Positions 61,217 to 64,000 of a stretch of DNA of 64,000 nucleotides are shown piece by piece. The stretch lies in the NCBI GenBank assembly GCA_964035575.1, contig OZ037839.1, positions 1,116,001 to 1,180,000 on the forward strand, in the 5' to 3' direction. Both the position numbers and the translations under genes were made by a program. This DNA comes from Rhynchopus sp. YZ270_cl-10. Lineage: Eukaryota. Position 1 is the stretch's first letter. Every line of letters starts with the position of its first letter. Under the pieces are notes generated by a model. The model was not told the DNA's origin. It ran no database searches and saw only the letters and a list, made by a program, of their open reading frames with translations.

Positions 61217-63760
61217 TCACTCTGAAAAACCAAAAGAATCAACCTTCTTGTGAACACGGTCCCAACACAGCGGTACCGCTATCGTTCCCTCAGAGAGATG
61301 TGTGCGCCGGGATAACTGATCCGCAGTGCTGTTCTCCTCTGAGGCGATCCACTCAACACGAAGGTGGTGTGGTTGCACAAAAGAAAAAATATAACGTAAA
61401 AATAGGTTCCCTAGACGAGACTTTGTATGTCCCCGTCTGATCGCATGCGCCAAGCCCTCGTTGTCCACCAGCAGGAGGGTCCCACTCTTTGAGGAACCGC
61501 TCTCCAATGCAGCTCTGATGCCCTTCATCGCAGCTTCTGCCTCCAGCAGGAAGATGTCGCGGTGCGTCGCAGCCTGCACCCACTGTCCCCAGTCCGCCCC
61601 GGCCTCGGCATCGTCCAGGTGCTGCCACACAATGCCCCAACCAGTCGTACTCGCGTCCGTCCACACCACCGTGTCCCATGCAGAAGCCGGCTCCGGCAAT
61701 GAAAAATCCCGAATGGGGCGCACGAAAGCATCGACAATCTCAGCCATCTCCCTCCGCAAGTCATCCGGGATCACCACCTCTACGTCCCAGTCCAGTTCGC
61801 CTCTCACGATCTTCGTGGACCACCCACTGAGGCACCGGAGTATGGCGTCGAAGTGACACAGCGGAACGCCCAGGACATGTAGCACTCGCATAGCAATACC
61901 CACCATCTGCCATATGCGCCGAATCGACAACTTCCACGCAGACGCAAATGAAACAAAAATCAGCATCACCTTCTCCCTCCACGTGCTCGGAAACCGCAAT
62001 ACACCCTGCTCAGGTGACCACTCCACACCAATGTACTCCAAAGTCCGCACTGGGCTGAGGCACGATTTCTTCTCGTTTATTTCTGCTCCTGCAAAACTGA
62101 ACCGTTCCAGGATCCCTGCTACCGATGCCTGAACTCCTTCACAAGACTCTCCGAAGACAAGGATGTCGTCCAAGTACACCATCGCACGCACGCCCACTGC
62201 TCTACCCACAAGCGCTTCCGCTGTGTTCTGTGCTATGTAGGGGGCCACAGACCAGCCCATCGGCACCCGAGTCCATCTGTACCAGCTTTGCCCGACGCGA
62301 AAACAGAAGAAAGAGGAGACGTTGTTGTGGATAGGAAGTTGGTGGAAGAATCCTTTCAGGTCTATTTTTGCCAACCACGTAGCCTTCCTGTGCTTCAGGA
62401 TGTGGAACAGGTGCGGCGGGGCGAAGAGGTGGAACTTTGGGGGCTTTGGCATCACGCAGTTGATGGGACGGCCGTCAATCACCGTGCGGTGAATCAGCGG
62501 ATCAGACTTCGGAACCGTAAACACCTTGACCACTCCGCGGACACACTCACGTTTCGTCACCTTCATGCAGACACCAGCCTTCAAACATGCCGACACAAAA
62601 GAGGGAGGGAGGTTGGATTTCGGTCCTGGGATGGGGATCTTGCCTGACTTCACCTCCGAAATAGCGTTAGGGTTCGTCATCCAGCTTGCGAAATGTGGGT
62701 CCATACCCGCTTCCGTCGCCAGTTGCGACAGACGTTGCACGTTGATGGTGGAGGTCGGGAAGGAGTCAAGCTTTGCCTGTCTGGGGGGTGGCTTACCCAA
62801 ATCGGGCCACGTCAGGGAAGACTCTCCGGACTGCTCACCCGATACCTCATTCTCATGTTCCTCCAATATCCCCCGATAGCCCTCCTGCAGACCCCGAATC
62901 ACTGAAGAGAAGACAGCAGATTCGCCTCCAGCGTTCGTCGACCCCGTGTGTTCGTCCTCAGGTAACGCACCGTCTCTGCTTCGTTCGCGTGTCTGAGGAG
63001 CTCCCGCAGCTCGCTTCTTTCCACTCCCGTCTTCTCCACCTCCTGGATCGCCCCCCGTCGTAACGAATGTAGCCATGCTGCGTTGGGAAACACCTTCTTC
63101 ATAGCACGTTTCAGGCTTTCGTACACATTTGAATTCCCGCCGAAGACTAGCTGTTTTTCGTCCTTGATGCTTCGCATGAATCTCACCGCTACCGCAGTCA
63201 GTCTCCCTGGAGGCATGTTGATGGGGGGCCGCCATCCCTTGCATCCTTTCTCCCGCGCAAAGAATTCCCCCCCCACGGTGTCCAGCTTCTGCGGTGTGTC
63301 CGAGCGGAATTCCCTCCAATCTACCTTCGTGATGAAGCGCAGGTCGGGAACGCGAGCTCTCGATACCCATGCAATCGCGGCCAGTGCTGCAGCCGGCTTG
63401 TTCCCTTGCGACCACAGCGTCTCTATTGCAGTTGAAGCTTCTGTGGTGGTCATTGGTGGTGCCTGTCGCGGGCGGATCATCGTGCTCAAACGTATAAGTC
63501 CTTTCTTTGCCTCCAGCAGCTTCCGCGTTCGAACTCCTCGCATGCCCATGCTCAGCGACTTTCGCACGATCACCTCCACGTAGGTCTGTACAGTCTTCGG
63601 AGAAGCCGATGCCAGCATCCTGTGCGCGTAGCCGATGATGAGGTCGTCGGGGGGGAGGCCGTCGCGCTGCGTCGCACGCCACTCCATAAACCGGTCGAAG
63701 ACCCGGTCTTGCTCCGCCCGGTACTTCGGGGCGTTCGCAAACTGACCGAGCTGGTCCCAT
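61217..63760 (-). CDS. Reverse transcriptase-RNase H, DIRS type (true start uncertain)
   Basis: RT motifs: FTVPK, KIDLKGFFHQLPI, VPMGWSVAP, VYLDDIL, EYIG. RNase H motifs: VWTDAS..GWG, LLEAEA, LVDN, NSTADQLSR. Confidence 0.95.
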   Translation of the reverse strand: MGPARSVCERPEVPGGARPGLRPVYGVACDAARRPPPRRPHHRLRAQDAGIGFSEDCTDLRGGDRAKVAEHGHARSSNAEAAGGKERTYTFEHDDPPATGTTNDHHRSFNCNRDAVVAREQAGCSTGRDCMGIESSRSRPALHHEGRLEGIPLGHTAEAGHRGGGILCAGERMQGMAAPHQHASRETDCGSGEIHAKHQGRKTASLRREFKCVRKPETCYEEGVSQRSMATFVTTGGDPGGGEDGSGKKRAAGAPQTRERSRDGALPEDEHTGSTNAGGESAVFSSVIRGLQEGYRGILEEHENEVSGEQSGESSLTWPDLGKPPPRQAKLDSFPTSTINVQRLSQLATEAGMDPHFASWMTNPNAISEVKSGKIPIPGPKSNLPPSFVSACLKAGVCMKVTKRECVRGVVKVFTVPKSDPLIHRTVIDGRPINCVMPKPPKFHLFAPPHLFHILKHRKATWLAKIDLKGFFHQLPIHNNVSSFFCFRVGQSWYRWTRVPMGWSVAPYIAQNTAEALVGRAVGVRAMVYLDDILVFGESCEGVQASVAGILERFSFAGAEINEKKSCLSPVRTLEYIGVEWSPEQGVLRFPSTWREKVMLIFVSFASAWKLSIRRIWQMVGIAMRVLHVLGVPLCHFDAILRCLSGWSTKIVRGELDWDVEVVIPDDLRREMAEIVDAFVRPIRDFSLPEPASAWDTVVWTDASTTGWGIVWQHLDDAEAGADWGQWVQAATHRDIFLLEAEAAMKGIRAALESGSSKSGTLLLVDNEGLAHAIRRGHTKSRLGNLFLRYIFSFVQPHHLRVEWIASEENSTADQLSRRTHLSEGTIAVPLCWDRVHKKVDSFGFSE

Positions 63761-63972
63761 TCCAGCGTCCGGTGCAGCAGCTTCCCCAGTACCTTCCCGT
63801 CTCGTTCCGCAAACACCAAGTCCTCCACAGCTTTCGCCCTCTGCAGCGACATCTTCCTCGTCCCAAGCGACATGTGCTCCGGTAGGTGTGGTGGGGGCAG
63901 GACCTCCTTGGGCGGGGTCACCGGGTCCGTCACCAGTTTCGGCCCTGTTCGCCCCGTGTCGCTCTGTCGCAC
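62899..63972 (-). CDS. Tyrosine recombinase (true start uncertain)
   Basis: The catalytic R...HxxR...H...Y set is present: SRARVPDL, HSLRRG, LLRH, VRYL. Confidence 0.9.
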   Translation of the reverse strand: MRQSDTGRTGPKLVTDPVTPPKEVLPPPHLPEHMSLGTRKMSLQRAKAVEDLVFAERDGKVLGKLLHRTLEWDQLGQFANAPKYRAEQDRVFDRFMEWRATQRDGLPPDDLIIGYAHRMLASASPKTVQTYVEVIVRKSLSMGMRGVRTRKLLEAKKGLIRLSTMIRPRQAPPMTTTEASTAIETLWSQGNKPAAALAAIAWVSRARVPDLRFITKVDWREFRSDTPQKLDTVGGEFFAREKGCKGWRPPINMPPGRLTAVAVRFMRSIKDEKQLVFGGNSNVYESLKRAMKKVFPNAAWLHSLRRGAIQEVEKTGVERSELRELLRHANEAETVRYLRTNTRGRRTLEANLLSSLQ

Positions 63973-64000
63973 TGTGACCCAGTTCCTTGGGGAGTTCCTC

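Larger units (their letters stand above)
60695..64000 (-). mobile_element. Tyrosine-recombinase retrotransposon (DIRS order; VIPER/TATE-like ORF order, Ngaro-like split repeats); 5' end lies beyond the window
   Basis: YR ORF followed by an overlapping RT-RNaseH ORF, then a B1-A-B2 terminal structure. Confidence 0.92.

Overview
Repeat-rich eukaryotic genomic DNA. It is probably from a euglenozoan protist, possibly a diplonemid (inference only): all recognisable intact host genes lie on the minus strand, introns are GT-AG, and a VIPER/TATE-style retroelement is present. Host genes: a frameshifted ubiquitin-like+LRR gene; a spliced TPR/Tudor-like/WW gene; a ubiquitin-like+LRR gene with a ~520-aa GGFG-repeat tail; a J-domain gene; a 4-exon DIPP-type Nudix hydrolase; a coiled-coil protein; and a small FYVE protein. 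Mobile DNA: an intact Tc1-family (DD37E) transposon; three hAT transposase remnants; several MITE-like elements; degenerate non-LTR RT remnants inside an ~8.1-kb segmental duplication; and perfect 6-, 8- and 9-mer satellites. The most interesting feature is at the right edge: an apparently intact tyrosine-recombinase retrotransposon (YR ORF upstream of and overlapping RT-RNaseH). It has split direct repeats and is joined directly to a ~1-kb (GGGGGA)n array, which suggests it targets that microsatellite. All calls are by eye from the sequence and the supplied ORF track; no searches were run.
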